64,000 bases of DNA from an uncultured Spirochaetota bacterium (GTDB lineage: Bacteria; Spirochaetota; Brevinematia; Brevinematales; JAOACQ01). Both the position numbers and the translations under genes were made by a program. Below are positions 1 through 10,945 of this stretch, one piece after another (position 1 is the stretch's first letter; every line of letters begins with the position of its first letter). The DNA lies in the NCBI GenBank assembly GCA_963835575.1, contig CAWIGG010000004.1, positions 544,001 to 608,000 on the forward strand, read 5' to 3'. The notes beneath the pieces were generated by a model that worked only from the letters and a program-made list of their open reading frames with translations, was not told the origin of the DNA and did not search any database.

Positions 1-851
1 GAAAAAACGCTTTTTCCTACCAGAATATTTGTATTATAAGAATATTCATTTAGCAAATTGAGATTGCCGTCTTTATCATAAATATAATCAATTTTAGTCC
101 AATATTTCGGACTATAAGCGTATCTCACTTCTTCTTGTGCTATCCTGCCGCTATCATCATATATTTCTATGCGTCCTGCTTCATTTTCTACCGGCACACC
201 GGCTTTTTCGGACAGCGAGTGTTCTTCTTTTTTCTTTAGACGATTATTATTGTAATAATAACGGTATTTCTTATTATTAACTCCTACCAGACGGATTTCT
301 TCCTTTATTGAAAAATCATCATTATAGGTATATATGATTTTCTTGTCGGTATAATCAATAGTTCCATCCTTATTCATCCTGGTCCTGGCAACTTCCTGGC
401 ATAAATCCTTAGTATTATAAGTAAACGCATATTTTTCATGAATGTCAAAATGAGTAAAAAAACCAAATATATCCGACCAGCCAGCGCCGGTTTTATAATC
501 GATTTCAATTAAATTCCCTTTTTGATCATAGGAAAATAAATAATAGCCGTTTTTTGCAGATTCTCTTATTTTATTACCCTTTTGGTCAAACTCCATTTCC
601 AGATCCCATGGATAAGTTTTTTCAATATTCACTATTTTTCCTTCTCTTTCTTCGGCACGGAAATAGGCTTCATGAATAAGTTTGACATTTCCAATTAATT
701 TTTCGCTGTTCAAGCCGGGATTTGAGAGCGGGCCGGGAAGATTTAAATAATTGTCGATTGAGAACTCAGAAAATAGGGATGCGGAATGAGGATTAAAAAC
801 AGACATGGTTATAATTATCCAAAAACAAAAAGAGATTTTCCTTTTCTTCAA
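1..851 (-). CDS. exported YD/RHS-like repeat protein, 3' end outside window
   Basis: Hand translation from TTG at 851: hydrophobic N-terminus, then LIGNVK, FDQKGN, YDQKGN and YTYNDD motifs. It is absent from the ORF track, consistent with running off the window. Confidence 0.6.
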   Translation of the reverse strand, partial: MKKRKISFCFWIIITMSVFNPHSASLFSEFSIDNYLNLPGPLSNPGLNSEKLIGNVKLIHEAYFRAEEREGKIVNIEKTYPWDLEMEFDQKGNKIRESAKNGYYLFSYDQKGNLIEIDYKTGAGWSDIFGFFTHFDIHEKYAFTYNTKDLCQEVARTRMNKDGTIDYTDKKIIYTYNDDFSIKEEIRLVGVNNKKYRYYYNNNRLKKKEEHSLSEKAGVPVENEAGRIEIYDDSGRIAQEEVRYAYSPKYWTKIDYIYDKDGNLNLLNEYSYNTNILVGKSVF

Positions 852-915
852 ATTTTCTCTCTTAATTAAATTTCTGATATTATAATAACACTCTGTTCTA
901 TAATCAAAAAAAACA

Positions 916-2901
916 TTATAAATTTTTAAAATTGGAAAAAAATGTTGTTATTCCTTTTTTAAAACCATCCAGATCTTTAGATATCTTCGAGTAATCCAGA
1001 TCTTCCTGGGCTAAGATTTCCTTTGTCAGGTTATTGTCAATATTTAAATAATTTTCCAGTTTTAATATATGATTTATAAAATTTGCCTTATTATCAAGAT
1101 TCTCATGCCCTAATTCCTTTTTAAATTCAATTTCTTCAATGGGGGGAGCGATCGGCAGTGAAACCATTACATTCTGAATGTCTTTCAGATACTCAGCCGC
1201 TTTTTCCGGTTTATGATTGAGAGAATATTCTACCGTATAGAGAATAATCAAGCGGCAAACAAACCAATCTAAAAATTCCGGCAGGTGTTTTTTTTCCTCA
1301 GGAGAACAATAGTTAAAGTTATATTCCCTGTCATTGATCTCCCAGAAATCCTCCCTGGAATACTTCAATTCCCTGATCATAGTATAGATCCGCTCAAACC
1401 CGTTCGGGCGGTGCAGTTCTTCGAGCATATCAGAGTATATCTTTCTGGCCAGTTTGAATGCATCATTGGATTTTTCTTTAAGGTAATAAACGGCAAGCTG
1501 TATTTGAGCTTTACGGATTCCGCGGAGTGAGAGCTCCTTTTCACCCTCAATGGGCATATCAACAGTCAGGAATATATCCAGTATATCCGACCGTTTTTGC
1601 AATGAGCAGGCATAAGCCTTTTTATTGATATCGCACAGGTCATGGGCCGCTGTCTCCAGGATAAAGTCCATGCCCTTGGTTTCTTTAGCCAGAAGGCCGT
1701 AATATTTAAAATGGTTCACTACTTCGATGGAAAGGTTGTCTTCCTGCGCCTCAATGATTTTTTCAGTCAGTTTCCTGTATTGATTGAGAGTGTTAAAGCA
1801 GGTGCGGACATCGGATTCATTTATTGTCGCGCGCAGAAAGGTGTTGAAATACAAAATCATTTTCTTTAAAACAACAAGATTCTTTGTCTCCAGGGCCTTG
1901 CTGCCGAGTATGTAAAGCGAATTTGCTATATAGTTGCAGATTGTCCGGTCATTATTTATTGATGAGCGGAAGAGTGTTTCAAATTGCTTTAAAATCTTGT
2001 CCTCAACCCAATAACGGGAATTACCGACAGGCCCGCCGCTTTCTTCCGCAAAGGTTATAAAACTGACATCCATTTTTACTGAAATTGTTGGGACATGCCA
2101 TGATTCGGGAAGAGGCCGTATATGCTGAAGTTTGATATAATTCGCCAGTATATAGCGCAGTGATCGGAGGCATTCGATGGCGAGTATCTGGTCTTTGTTT
2201 TGGATGCAGTTGAGAGTTATATCGGTGAGCTGATTGATGCCGTTAATATAATTCTTATGCAGTTTTATTAAGAGACGCTCCTTTTTCCGGGCTGCCGGCT
2301 GTTTGAGTTGATAACCTTTTAAAATATTTATGAAAGTTTCTTTTTCTATATTGTAGATAATATTGCTGGGCTGGATAAAACGGAAAATAAAAACAAAATA
2401 AGGGAATATGCTGATCAGTAAAAGACTGACAAGTATGAATGATATAAAGAGGCTTATTTTAGGCATTATTTGCGCCGCATCGCCGATATAGAGCAGCATT
2501 ATGACGGAAACTGTTGTAACAGACGCGAATGTCATAAAAAAGAGATTGATCCGGTTGGCGATAAAAAGGTCGACGATTTTTGTTGTATACCTGTTGGCAG
2601 CCATCTGCACGACAAAAGCTACGACAGTCATGAGCAGAGCAATGACTCCGATCATCATGCCGCCGAACGCGTTTCCGAAAACATCTGAAAGAGTTTGATT
2701 ATTGGGATTTAAAAAGGCGGTCAAAATTTTATTAATACTAAATCCATCTGCCAGTATGATTATCAATACAAAAATAAAAAGGAATAAAATAGAAAGCGCG
2801 AAAGAGATTATGATAAACTTGAAATCAACCAGATTGAAAACATTTTTTTTATGATAAAAACCAAAGGACGCTTCGATGTTTTTTGAGGTATTGTGTTTCA
2901 T
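916..2901 (-). CDS. DUF2254-like predicted membrane protein
   Basis: 661 aa; four N-terminal TM segments (QMAANRYT motif) followed by a long helical soluble domain. Confidence 0.6.
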   Translation of the reverse strand: MKHNTSKNIEASFGFYHKKNVFNLVDFKFIIISFALSILFLFIFVLIIILADGFSINKILTAFLNPNNQTLSDVFGNAFGGMMIGVIALLMTVVAFVVQMAANRYTTKIVDLFIANRINLFFMTFASVTTVSVIMLLYIGDAAQIMPKISLFISFILVSLLLISIFPYFVFIFRFIQPSNIIYNIEKETFINILKGYQLKQPAARKKERLLIKLHKNYINGINQLTDITLNCIQNKDQILAIECLRSLRYILANYIKLQHIRPLPESWHVPTISVKMDVSFITFAEESGGPVGNSRYWVEDKILKQFETLFRSSINNDRTICNYIANSLYILGSKALETKNLVVLKKMILYFNTFLRATINESDVRTCFNTLNQYRKLTEKIIEAQEDNLSIEVVNHFKYYGLLAKETKGMDFILETAAHDLCDINKKAYACSLQKRSDILDIFLTVDMPIEGEKELSLRGIRKAQIQLAVYYLKEKSNDAFKLARKIYSDMLEELHRPNGFERIYTMIRELKYSREDFWEINDREYNFNYCSPEEKKHLPEFLDWFVCRLIILYTVEYSLNHKPEKAAEYLKDIQNVMVSLPIAPPIEEIEFKKELGHENLDNKANFINHILKLENYLNIDNNLTKEILAQEDLDYSKISKDLDGFKKGITTFFSNFKNL

Positions 2902-3207
2902 GCCGGCCTCTCGAGTTAATATGAAAACTTAGAATTATTAAGAATGATAGTTTTTAGAATATTTTTAATTCTTAGATATTATTATAGATAGAAGAACAGA
3001 CGCTGTAAAGAATTCTTTTATTGTATCAGAAAAAAGCCAAAATTGAGCGGTTTTTGTATAAGATTAATAAAAGTCTCAATTATATATGCTTTGGATAAAA
3101 AAACCGTTCAATTCAGGTAATAATATTTATGACAACTAATTAAAAATATATTGAATAATTTTTAATTTTAAATATAATAGAAAAGTAAAAAATAAGAGGA
3201 GGCATAT

Positions 3208-3720
3208 ATGGTGGAAATTATTTATTTGTTTGTCGCGCTTATTGTGGTTATTATTGTCGCGCTGCTTTTAATCCTTTTCATTACCGCGGTTATCAATACG
3301 CTGCTGATTAAGGAAAAGGGAATACTTGAAAAAAATAATGTAGCTGTGGCTGTTCTTACGGCTTCCATTATCATCTCAACAGCGATGCTTTGCTCCGATT
3401 CTCTGGCGACGGCCCTTTCTTCCATAAAGAACGCCATCATAGGCCATATGGGAAGCGCTTATATTATAAAAGCAAGCGTTATCGGCCTTATACTGCTTGT
3501 ATTGGCTGTTATATTTGCGCTGGTCATCGCGTTTTTATCGGTTAAGCTTTATGATTTTATGACCCCGAATACTGATGAAATGGATGAAATCGTAAAGAAG
3601 AGCAATGTGTCCTTCGGCATTTTGATGGGCACTATTGTCATAGCGTTAACTATTTTTATCCGGAGCCCGTTTACGGACCTGCTCCTGAGGATCGCCAGGC
3701 CGTTATTTGAGGGGAAATGA
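3208..3720 (+). CDS. DUF350-family membrane protein
   Basis: Four TM helices with repeated NvAVA/NVSFG motifs; GGAGG RBS. Confidence 0.7.
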   Translation: MVEIIYLFVALIVVIIVALLLILFITAVINTLLIKEKGILEKNNVAVAVLTASIIISTAMLCSDSLATALSSIKNAIIGHMGSAYIIKASVIGLILLVLAVIFALVIAFLSVKLYDFMTPNTDEMDEIVKKSNVSFGILMGTIVIALTIFIRSPFTDLLLRIARPLFEGK

Positions 3721-3776
3721 CACGGTCGTATTTAAATAAGACTTATTCAGGCTTTGGAAAGAATAAGGAGTCTGTT

Positions 3777-4433
3777 ATGAATAATATAATTAGAACAATA
3801 ATTTTTGCCGGGTTTATAATGCTTTGCGGCTTGATTTACGGCGCTCATAATGAAAACACTCAGGATTTCAGCGCAGTCGGCCCGGAAGGCATTCCCATGC
3901 TGATGGAGTTCGCGAAATACACCGATCCGAAAGATATTGACGCCCGGACAAAGGCGATAGCCAGGCTGGGTGAATTGAAGGCCGAAAAAGCCGTGCCGGT
4001 TATCATAGAAGCCCTTGGCGCCGGCCGTGAAACAATGGTTGAAGTCAAGGACCCTTTCTGGAGGGTGAGAATGAACGCCGCGACAGCCCTGGGTGATATC
4101 GGCACGGATGACGCGGTCATTCCTTTGAAGGACGCAGCCAGGCTTGACCGGAACGCGGTTGTTCAGCGCGCCGCCATACAGAGCCTCGGCAGGATGGGCG
4201 AAAAAGCGCGGACAAAGCTTGTTCTTGAGAATCTTTTTAAACTGCTGGAGCAGACCCAGGACAGCAGTCTGGCGAATGACATATGCTGGGCCCTGGGGAA
4301 AATCGGGGATAAAAAGGCTATGCCCTACCTCATGAAAGTGGACCAGCGGGAATATCTGCAGGTGGTCAAGCAGACGGCAAAAACCGCGATATCTGAATTG
4401 AAGTGGGACAAGGAGTCGGCGATTCCGGATTAA
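3777..4433 (+). CDS. exported HEAT-repeat protein
   Basis: Signal-like N-terminus after AAGGAG RBS; VRxNAAxALGxIG HEAT/PBS repeats. Confidence 0.8.
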   Translation: MNNIIRTIIFAGFIMLCGLIYGAHNENTQDFSAVGPEGIPMLMEFAKYTDPKDIDARTKAIARLGELKAEKAVPVIIEALGAGRETMVEVKDPFWRVRMNAATALGDIGTDDAVIPLKDAARLDRNAVVQRAAIQSLGRMGEKARTKLVLENLFKLLEQTQDSSLANDICWALGKIGDKKAMPYLMKVDQREYLQVVKQTAKTAISELKWDKESAIPD

Positions 4434-4463
4434 GCCCTTTATAATAAGATTCCTTTTTATAGC

Positions 4464-4515
4464 ATCCGATTATCCACGCGGATTGACGCGGATTAAGCGG
4501 ATTTTCGCAGATTTA
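4464..4515 (+). repeat. left arm of island 1 (CGGATT-periodic inverted repeat)
   Basis: atccgattatccacgcggattgacgcggattaagcggattttcgcagattta; inverted partner at 9016-9066. Confidence 0.85.
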
Positions 4516-4607
4516 TTTGTAATAGATCAAATAAATTGCTTTAAATCAACCGATAATAAATTTGGCATTTAATTAACTGCATGCTATATTACTTATAAGG
4601 ATAATAT

Positions 4608-5165
4608 ATGATACCTTATCAAAAAGAAAAAATTGACAATGCCATCTGTTATTTTGCTAAAGAGTATAAAACAAAAGCAAGAAGATATCTGCCGCAAACC
4701 ATGCTTTATAAATTGCTTGCTTTTCTTGATATGGAAAGTGTTAAGGAAATAGGAATGCCGGTGCTTGGTCTTGATTATCTTGCGATGGAACGAGGTCCTG
4801 TACCTCCTGAAATTTACAATAAAAAACAGGAAACCGCTCTATATAAATTTGTGCCTGTTGGAGACAAAAAGTACGATGTTATCTGCAAAGGCAAACCGAA
4901 TCTGGATTATTTCTCCGATTATGAATTAGAAAAGATGGAAAGATTGATATTCATTCATGCTAATGCGGCAGTTAATACAAAACTTACAAGCCAGGCCAGT
5001 CATGATGAATTACCGGCATGGAAAAAAGCTTATAAGAAAAAACCTGATAGTAAAATTGATTTTGAAGATATGTTTGAAGAGAATCTCAAAGATAAAAGTC
5101 CGGAAAAACTATCGGCCGCAGAAGAACATTTTTTAATTCAAAAAGCAATCCTTGGACATAGGTAA
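4608..5165 (+). CDS. Panacea (DUF4065/SocA-like) antitoxin
   Basis: KLLAFLD...GLDYLAMERGPVP...SHDELPAW motifs typical of DUF4065. Confidence 0.8.
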   Translation: MIPYQKEKIDNAICYFAKEYKTKARRYLPQTMLYKLLAFLDMESVKEIGMPVLGLDYLAMERGPVPPEIYNKKQETALYKFVPVGDKKYDVICKGKPNLDYFSDYELEKMERLIFIHANAAVNTKLTSQASHDELPAWKKAYKKKPDSKIDFEDMFEENLKDKSPEKLSAAEEHFLIQKAILGHR

Positions 5166-5606
5166 ATGCAGGCGGGAACTGTCTTAAAATGGATAGATTT
5201 TCCCGAACCAATAGATGGGGAAATAAAACCAAGATGGTTTGTTTGTCTGGGAAGATCCTCAAGTTTATTCCCACCAGTATGTTATTATATTTGTACTACC
5301 ACAACTCAGATTTATCATTATGAATCGGGCGGGGATAGAGCACATCATCAGAATATCAGATTTAGAAAAAATGAATTCGAATTTGAGGATGATTGTGTTC
5401 TTGATCTGGAAAGTTATTACTATAAATCTGAAGAGTCGATAAAATTGAATGAAAATAATATACAGATTAAAGGGCTTCTTGAAAGGCAAATAATGATTCA
5501 AATTTATAATAAGATACTTAAATCAAAATGTTATTCAAAGATAATCAAGCAGGATATTCATTTCTCTTTTAATGAAGCTGGAATTACCGGCTTAAAAACC
5601 CCGTAA
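5166..5606 (+). CDS. putative toxin, possible PemK/MazF-like fold
   Basis: Abuts the Panacea gene (TAA-ATG); KPRWFVCLG...ICTTTTQ resembles the PemK KxRPxlv...iTT pattern. Confidence 0.45.
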   Translation: MQAGTVLKWIDFPEPIDGEIKPRWFVCLGRSSSLFPPVCYYICTTTTQIYHYESGGDRAHHQNIRFRKNEFEFEDDCVLDLESYYYKSEESIKLNENNIQIKGLLERQIMIQIYNKILKSKCYSKIIKQDIHFSFNEAGITGLKTP

Positions 5607-5704
5607 ACATCTTATTTATTTTACCTTTATTGCGATTTTCCCGCCTATTAAATATAATTTCTTATCGATAAATAGGGGAATTGTATAAGTAAGCGATATA
5701 AAAA

Positions 5705-8700
5705 ATGTTGAAAGAATACGTTAAGAATCTATTTAAAACTTTTTCCCATGGCGACGCCAGAGAAGAAAGCTATTACGAGCACCTTGCCGGTCTATTGAGG
5801 ATTATCTCGGAAGAAAAGAAAATTAAAAATATAGATGTGACAATTTTGCCGAAAAAAACCGAAGCGGGAAATCCGGATTTCCGTGTTTGGGATGGAAAGA
5901 CCCGCATTACCGGTTATATCGAAGCCAAAGACCCTTCAAAAACAGACCTTGATTCAATTGAGGATTCGGAACAGTTGAAACGCTACCGAAATACATTTCC
6001 AAATGTCATTCTGACCAATTTTTTTGAATTCCGACTGTATCGGGATGGAATATTGATTGACAGTATAAATATTGCCAGACATAAAATCCCGTTTGAACTT
6101 GGCACGGCGCCTCCCGTTGAAAAGGAAGACAAATTCATCGAACTTCTGGATAAATTTTTCTCCTATTCAATTCCCAATGTCAGCAGCGCGAAATCACTGG
6201 CGGAGGAACTGGCGAAAAGGACAAGATTCCTCCGCGATGAGGTGATCGCGGTCGAACTGGAAGAAGAAGCGAAGAATGGGAAAAAGAACATATTCGGGTT
6301 TTATGAGGCATTTAAAAAATACCTGATCGGCGACAGCCTTACCATTCTGCAGTTCGCAGACCTGTATGCCCAGACGATCACATACGGCCTCTTCGCGGCG
6401 CGCACAAGGGCGGACGGCAGTTTCAACCGCGAACTCGCCTATAAATACATTCCGAAAACAATCGGCATATTAAAGGATATATTCAAATTTATATCGCTGG
6501 AAGAACCGCCGAAACCATTAGAGATCATCGTGGACGATATAGCTGAAATTCTTAATGTCACAGATGTCAAAAAGATTCTGCGGGATTATTACCGGGAAGG
6601 TAAAGGCGGCGACCCGGTGGTACATTTTTACGAGACCTTTCTTGCCGATTATGACCCGGCCATGCGCGAAAAACGGGGCGTTTATTATACGCCGGAACCG
6701 GTCGTTAAATACATAGTGCGTTCAGTCCATCAGATATTAAAGACGGAATTCGGCCTTAATGATGGATTGGCAAGCAGGGAAGTAACACTTCTTGATCCCG
6801 CGGCGGGGACTCTGACATTTCCCGCGGAAGCCCTAAAATGCGCGGTGGATGAATACGTTTCAAAATACGGGGCCGGTGGAAAAACAAACCTGATTAGAAA
6901 TCAAATACTTCCAAATTATTACGCCTTCGAGCTGATGATGGCCCCCTATGCCATCGGCCACCTGAAGATAAGCTTTCTGCTTGAGGAACTGGGTTACAGC
7001 CTCGGCGACGAGGAGCGGTTTAACCTGTACCTGACCAATACGCTTGAGACAAAAGAACTGGACGCGGCGAACCTGCCGGGATTGAGTTCTTTAAGCGAGG
7101 AAAGCCATCTGGCGGGGAAGATTAAAAAGGAACAGCCGATTTTAGTCATTATGGGAAACCCGCCTTACAGCGGAATATCGTCGAACATAAACGAATGGAC
7201 AGAAAAGCTTTTGAAGACGAATTTAGACGGCGCGCAAAGCTATTACGAAGTCGACGGGAAACCGCTCGGTGAGAAAAAAGTATGGCTTCAGGATGATTAC
7301 GTCAAATTCCTGCGCTTCGCGCAGTGGAAAATCCAGAAGGCCGGTTTCGGCATCGCCGGTATGATCACCAACCATAGCTATCTGGACAACCCCACGTTCC
7401 GGGGAATGCGCCAGAGCCTGATGAAAACCTTTAACGAAATTTATATTATTGACCTGCACGGCAACAGCCTGAAAAAAGAGGCATGTCCAGACGGCTCAAA
7501 AGACGAGAATGTGTTCGATATTAAGCAGGGCGTGGCCATAGCCCTCTTTGTGAAACAGAAAGATAAGAAAGGGTGCAAAGTATTTCATCTTGATCAATAC
7601 GGCTTGCGGGAAGAAAAATACAGCTGGCTGGAAAATACGGGGTTCAAACGTGGAAGCTATAAAGAAATTAAACCCGAATCACCATGGTATTTCTTTGTGC
7701 CCCGCGATACGGAAAAGATAGCCAATTTCCTTAAATGGGAAAAAATAAATGATATTTTTCCCGTAAATGTTACCGGTATAGTGACAGCAAGGGATAGTTT
7801 TGTAATTGATTTTGAAAAATATTCATTACAAAATAAAATAATGCAATTTAAAAACAAATCAATTTCAGATGATGAGATTAGGGAAGCATTTAAACTGAAA
7901 GATACACGTGGCTGGAAACTATCAAAAGCAAGAAAAGAGCTTTTCACTGATATAAAATGGGATAAGTATTTTCAAAAAATATTATATCGTCCCTTTGATA
8001 TTAGAGACATTTATTATACCCCAAATATGGTTGATTGGGGCCGCCCTGAATTCATGCGCCACATGCTTAAGGAAAATGTTGGTTTAATTATTCCTCGTCA
8101 ATTCAAAGAAGAACCTGGAGCTTTTATTACTGAACATATTATTGGGCATAAAACGGTTAGCGCTTATGATATCAATTATATATTTCCACTATATTTATAT
8201 AAAAAGGATGATTCTGATAACGGTTCCGAACAGGAGCTTACTTTTGACCAATCGGAAGAATACGACAGTCTGAACCGCAAGCCGAATATTTCAAACGGAA
8301 TTTACCGGAAGCTTGAAACGATTTATAAAACAAAACTTACGCCCGAAGATATCCTTTATTATATTTACGGGATATTTTACAGCAACACTTACCGGGAAAA
8401 GTATGCCGAGTTTCTCCGTATAGATTTCCCGCGGGTACCGTTCACGTCCGATTATAAGCTTTTTAAACAAATGTTTGGGTATGGACAAAGTCTTGCTGAA
8501 CTGCATCTTTTGAAAAGCAATATGCTGGATAACCCCGTCTCAAAATATCAGGGCACAGACGGCAGCGACAGAATTGAAAAAATCGCTTACGATGAAAAGA
8601 CGCGGCGGGTTTATATCAATCAGGATAAATATTTTGACGATATTTCACCGGAATTATGGAATTACCAAATCGGCGGCTATCAGGTGCTGGAGAAGTATTT

Positions 8701-8839
8701 AAAGGACCGAAAAGGCCGGATGATGAACAACCCGCGGTATTACTGCCTGATTGTATCAGCGATAAGTAAAACGATTGAAATACAGAAAAAGATTGACGGG
8801 ATTTATAACAGAGTGGAAGAGAAGTTGATAGAATTTTGA
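5705..8839 (+). CDS. single-polypeptide restriction-modification enzyme (Type IIG / Type ISP-like, no helicase)
   Basis: N-terminal PD-(D/E)xK (GNPDF...IEAK), GVYYTP, LDPAAGT, NPPY N6A methyltransferase, ISP-type C-terminal specificity region (FPRVP, YQIGGYQVLEKYLKDR). Confidence 0.85.
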   Translation: MLKEYVKNLFKTFSHGDAREESYYEHLAGLLRIISEEKKIKNIDVTILPKKTEAGNPDFRVWDGKTRITGYIEAKDPSKTDLDSIEDSEQLKRYRNTFPNVILTNFFEFRLYRDGILIDSINIARHKIPFELGTAPPVEKEDKFIELLDKFFSYSIPNVSSAKSLAEELAKRTRFLRDEVIAVELEEEAKNGKKNIFGFYEAFKKYLIGDSLTILQFADLYAQTITYGLFAARTRADGSFNRELAYKYIPKTIGILKDIFKFISLEEPPKPLEIIVDDIAEILNVTDVKKILRDYYREGKGGDPVVHFYETFLADYDPAMREKRGVYYTPEPVVKYIVRSVHQILKTEFGLNDGLASREVTLLDPAAGTLTFPAEALKCAVDEYVSKYGAGGKTNLIRNQILPNYYAFELMMAPYAIGHLKISFLLEELGYSLGDEERFNLYLTNTLETKELDAANLPGLSSLSEESHLAGKIKKEQPILVIMGNPPYSGISSNINEWTEKLLKTNLDGAQSYYEVDGKPLGEKKVWLQDDYVKFLRFAQWKIQKAGFGIAGMITNHSYLDNPTFRGMRQSLMKTFNEIYIIDLHGNSLKKEACPDGSKDENVFDIKQGVAIALFVKQKDKKGCKVFHLDQYGLREEKYSWLENTGFKRGSYKEIKPESPWYFFVPRDTEKIANFLKWEKINDIFPVNVTGIVTARDSFVIDFEKYSLQNKIMQFKNKSISDDEIREAFKLKDTRGWKLSKARKELFTDIKWDKYFQKILYRPFDIRDIYYTPNMVDWGRPEFMRHMLKENVGLIIPRQFKEEPGAFITEHIIGHKTVSAYDINYIFPLYLYKKDDSDNGSEQELTFDQSEEYDSLNRKPNISNGIYRKLETIYKTKLTPEDILYYIYGIFYSNTYREKYAEFLRIDFPRVPFTSDYKLFKQMFGYGQSLAELHLLKSNMLDNPVSKYQGTDGSDRIEKIAYDEKTRRVYINQDKYFDDISPELWNYQIGGYQVLEKYLKDRKGRMMNNPRYYCLIVSAISKTIEIQKKIDGIYNRVEEKLIEF

Positions 8840-8841
8840 AC

Positions 8842-8889
8842 AATCCTGAAAATCCTCTTAAATCCTGTCAATCCTGCTCAATTGGGTTC
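8842..8889 (-). repeat. AATCCT(G) variant right arm
   Basis: aatcctgaaaatcctcttaaatcctgtcaatcctgctcaattgggtt; same periodicity, and the same AATTGGG end as 17927-17980 and 60868-60908. Confidence 0.7.
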
Positions 8890-9015
8890 TACTAAACCGG
8901 TTCAATTATATTATCCGATATTCTTTATAAAAATCTTCTGTCTACCGGGTCCCTCGGAATCCTGCTCCTATAAGTCAAACACCGAGTAAATTAAAAAGGC
9001 AGCTTTGAGAAAAAC

Positions 9016-9066
9016 TAAATCCTATAAATCCGCTCAATCCGTGAAAAGCCGCGTGAAAAATCGGAT
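9016..9066 (-). repeat. right arm of island 1
   Basis: Reverse complement atccgatttttcacgcggcttttcacggattgagcggatttataggattta matches 4464-4515 and 33551-33602. Confidence 0.85.
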
Positions 9067-9215
9067 ATTATAAACAGGAATACTAATATACAATACTTTA
9101 ATATGATAATTAAGCATAATTGAACATCAATTCCTCCCACCTTTTTTAATACCGCGCTTGAATTTTATTTTAAGGTATTATATACTTCTATTCAATAGTA
9201 ATAGGTGGAATAAAT

Positions 9216-9572
9216 ATGGCTAAAGAACTCATAAAAATTCTAAAGGCCCTGGCGGACGAGAACAGGATACGGATTTTATGCCTGCTCAATCAAAAAGACT
9301 TATGTGTCTGTGAGATTGAAGAAGTATTAAAAATGAACCAGTCGAATGTATCGAGGCATCTCATTAAATTGAAGGAAGCCGATCTGATCGTTTCGGAAAA
9401 ACAGGCGCAATTTGTCTTTCATAGCTTGAATGATGAAATGATGAGCAGATATCCTTTCCTGAAACAGCTCTTATCGCAGGCTACTGAACTTGATAAATTC
9501 AAAAAGGATATCGAAGTTCTTAAGACCATGATTAAAGAAAATAAACTGACCTGCAGGACCTCGAGTACTTGA
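9216..9572 (+). CDS. arsR: ArsR/SmtB transcriptional repressor
   Basis: KALADENRIRIL, ELCVCE-like DLCVCE, SRHL. Confidence 0.9.
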   Translation: MAKELIKILKALADENRIRILCLLNQKDLCVCEIEEVLKMNQSNVSRHLIKLKEADLIVSEKQAQFVFHSLNDEMMSRYPFLKQLLSQATELDKFKKDIEVLKTMIKENKLTCRTSST

Positions 9573-9617
9573 CAAAACTATTTTTTTTAAATAATATATG
9601 AGTATATTTGAATATAT
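9569..9617 (+). promoter_or_regulatory. sigma70-type promoter with overlapping ArsR-like operator upstream of acr3
   Basis: TTGACA(9569)-N17-TAATAT; imperfect palindrome atatatgagtatatttgaatatat. Confidence 0.55.
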
Positions 9618-9649
9618 GTATTAGAGAATATGTTGCCGGGAGGATACCT

Positions 9650-10708
9650 ATGATTGATGCCGCTCAGAAAAAATTGAGTTTTGTTGATAAGTTCCTGACC
9701 TTATGGATATTTACCGCGATGGCCACCGGTGTCGCATTAGGTTATTTTTACCCGCCTTTTACGGCTTGGATCAGTAAATTTCAGGCTGGTACGACATCAA
9801 TTCCAATTGCCATAGGCTTGATACTGATGATGTACCCGCCGCTCGCGAAGGTAAAATATGAGGAAATGGGAACAACATTCAAAAACAAAAAACTGCTTTT
9901 TTTATCGCTCTTTCAAAACTGGCTGATCGGCCCTATGGTTATGTTTTTACTGGCAGTTCTTTTTTTGAGGGACAATCCCGGCTATATGATCGGAGTTATC
10001 CTGGTCGGCCTCGCGCGCTGTATCGCTATGGTCATCGTATGGAACGACCTTGCTAAGGGCGACAGGGAGCTGGGAGTGGGTATTGTCGCTTTTAACGCCG
10101 TGTTCCAGGTTTTATTTTACGCATTTTATATTTATTTGTTCATTACGGTTTTTCTGAACGCACTGGGCATTATAAAGGGACTGAATATCAATATCTCCAT
10201 TCTGGAATCTGCAAAAACCGTCATGATTTATCTGGGAATACCGTTCTTCGCAGGGCTGATTACACGATTCATATTGTTGAAAACAAAAGGCAAAGAATGG
10301 TTTGAAAGGGTGTTCTCCCCTTTTATCAGTCCCATTACTTTGATAGCATTGTTATTCACAATCATCATAATGTTTTCGCTGAAAGGGAAATTTATTGTTC
10401 AGGCCCCGTTCGATGTTGTTAGAGTAGCTATACCTTATATTATCTACTTTTTCGCCATGTGGTTCATTACTTTTTTTGCCGCGAAAAAAATGGGCGCGAA
10501 TTACGAACAGAGTGTTGCGGTGTCTTTTTCGGCAGCGTCCAATGATTTTGAGCTGGCGATTGCGGTGGCCATATCAATTTTTGGTATTGACTCGAATCAG
10601 GCTTTCGCAGCAGTGATCGGGCCGCTGATCGAGGTGCCGGTTATGATCATACTGGTTAATATAGCGTCAAGATTAAAGAAAAAATTCATTGCAAGAGGTA
10701 ATTTATGA
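9650..10708 (+). CDS. acr3: Acr3 arsenite efflux transporter
   Basis: [38 protein letters not shown]; start placed after the GGAGG RBS. Confidence 0.95.
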   Translation: MIDAAQKKLSFVDKFLTLWIFTAMATGVALGYFYPPFTAWISKFQAGTTSIPIAIGLILMMYPPLAKVKYEEMGTTFKNKKLLFLSLFQNWLIGPMVMFLLAVLFLRDNPGYMIGVILVGLARCIAMVIVWNDLAKGDRELGVGIVAFNAVFQVLFYAFYIYLFITVFLNALGIIKGLNINISILESAKTVMIYLGIPFFAGLITRFILLKTKGKEWFERVFSPFISPITLIALLFTIIIMFSLKGKFIVQAPFDVVRVAIPYIIYFFAMWFITFFAAKKMGANYEQSVAVSFSAASNDFELAIAVAISIFGIDSNQAFAAVIGPLIEVPVMIILVNIASRLKKKFIARGNL

Positions 10709-10944
10709 AAGTTCAGATTTTAGGTTCGGGATGTCCTAACTGCAAGCGGCTGGAAGCGAACGCGAAGGAAGCGGTTCAGGCTTCCGGCATCCAGGCTGAT
10801 ATAGAGAAAGTAACGGATATTGCAAAAATCATGGAATTCGGCGTAATGATGACCCCCGCGCTTGCCGTTAATGGTGTCGTTAAAAGCGCCGGCAGGGTTC
10901 TCAATAAAGACCAGATAATTCAGATTTTAAAGGGAGGAAAATAA
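10705..10944 (+). CDS. small redox-active disulfide protein (MTH895/thioredoxin-like)
   Basis: [16 protein letters not shown]. Confidence 0.9.
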   Translation: MKVQILGSGCPNCKRLEANAKEAVQASGIQADIEKVTDIAKIMEFGVMMTPALAVNGVVKSAGRVLNKDQIIQILKGGK

Positions 10945-10945
10945 A

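Noticed and set aside
4464..4515. CGGATT repeats as a CRISPR array or guide-RNA array
   Set aside because: Units are 9-10 bp with no unique spacers, there are only four per arm, and no cas genes are present.
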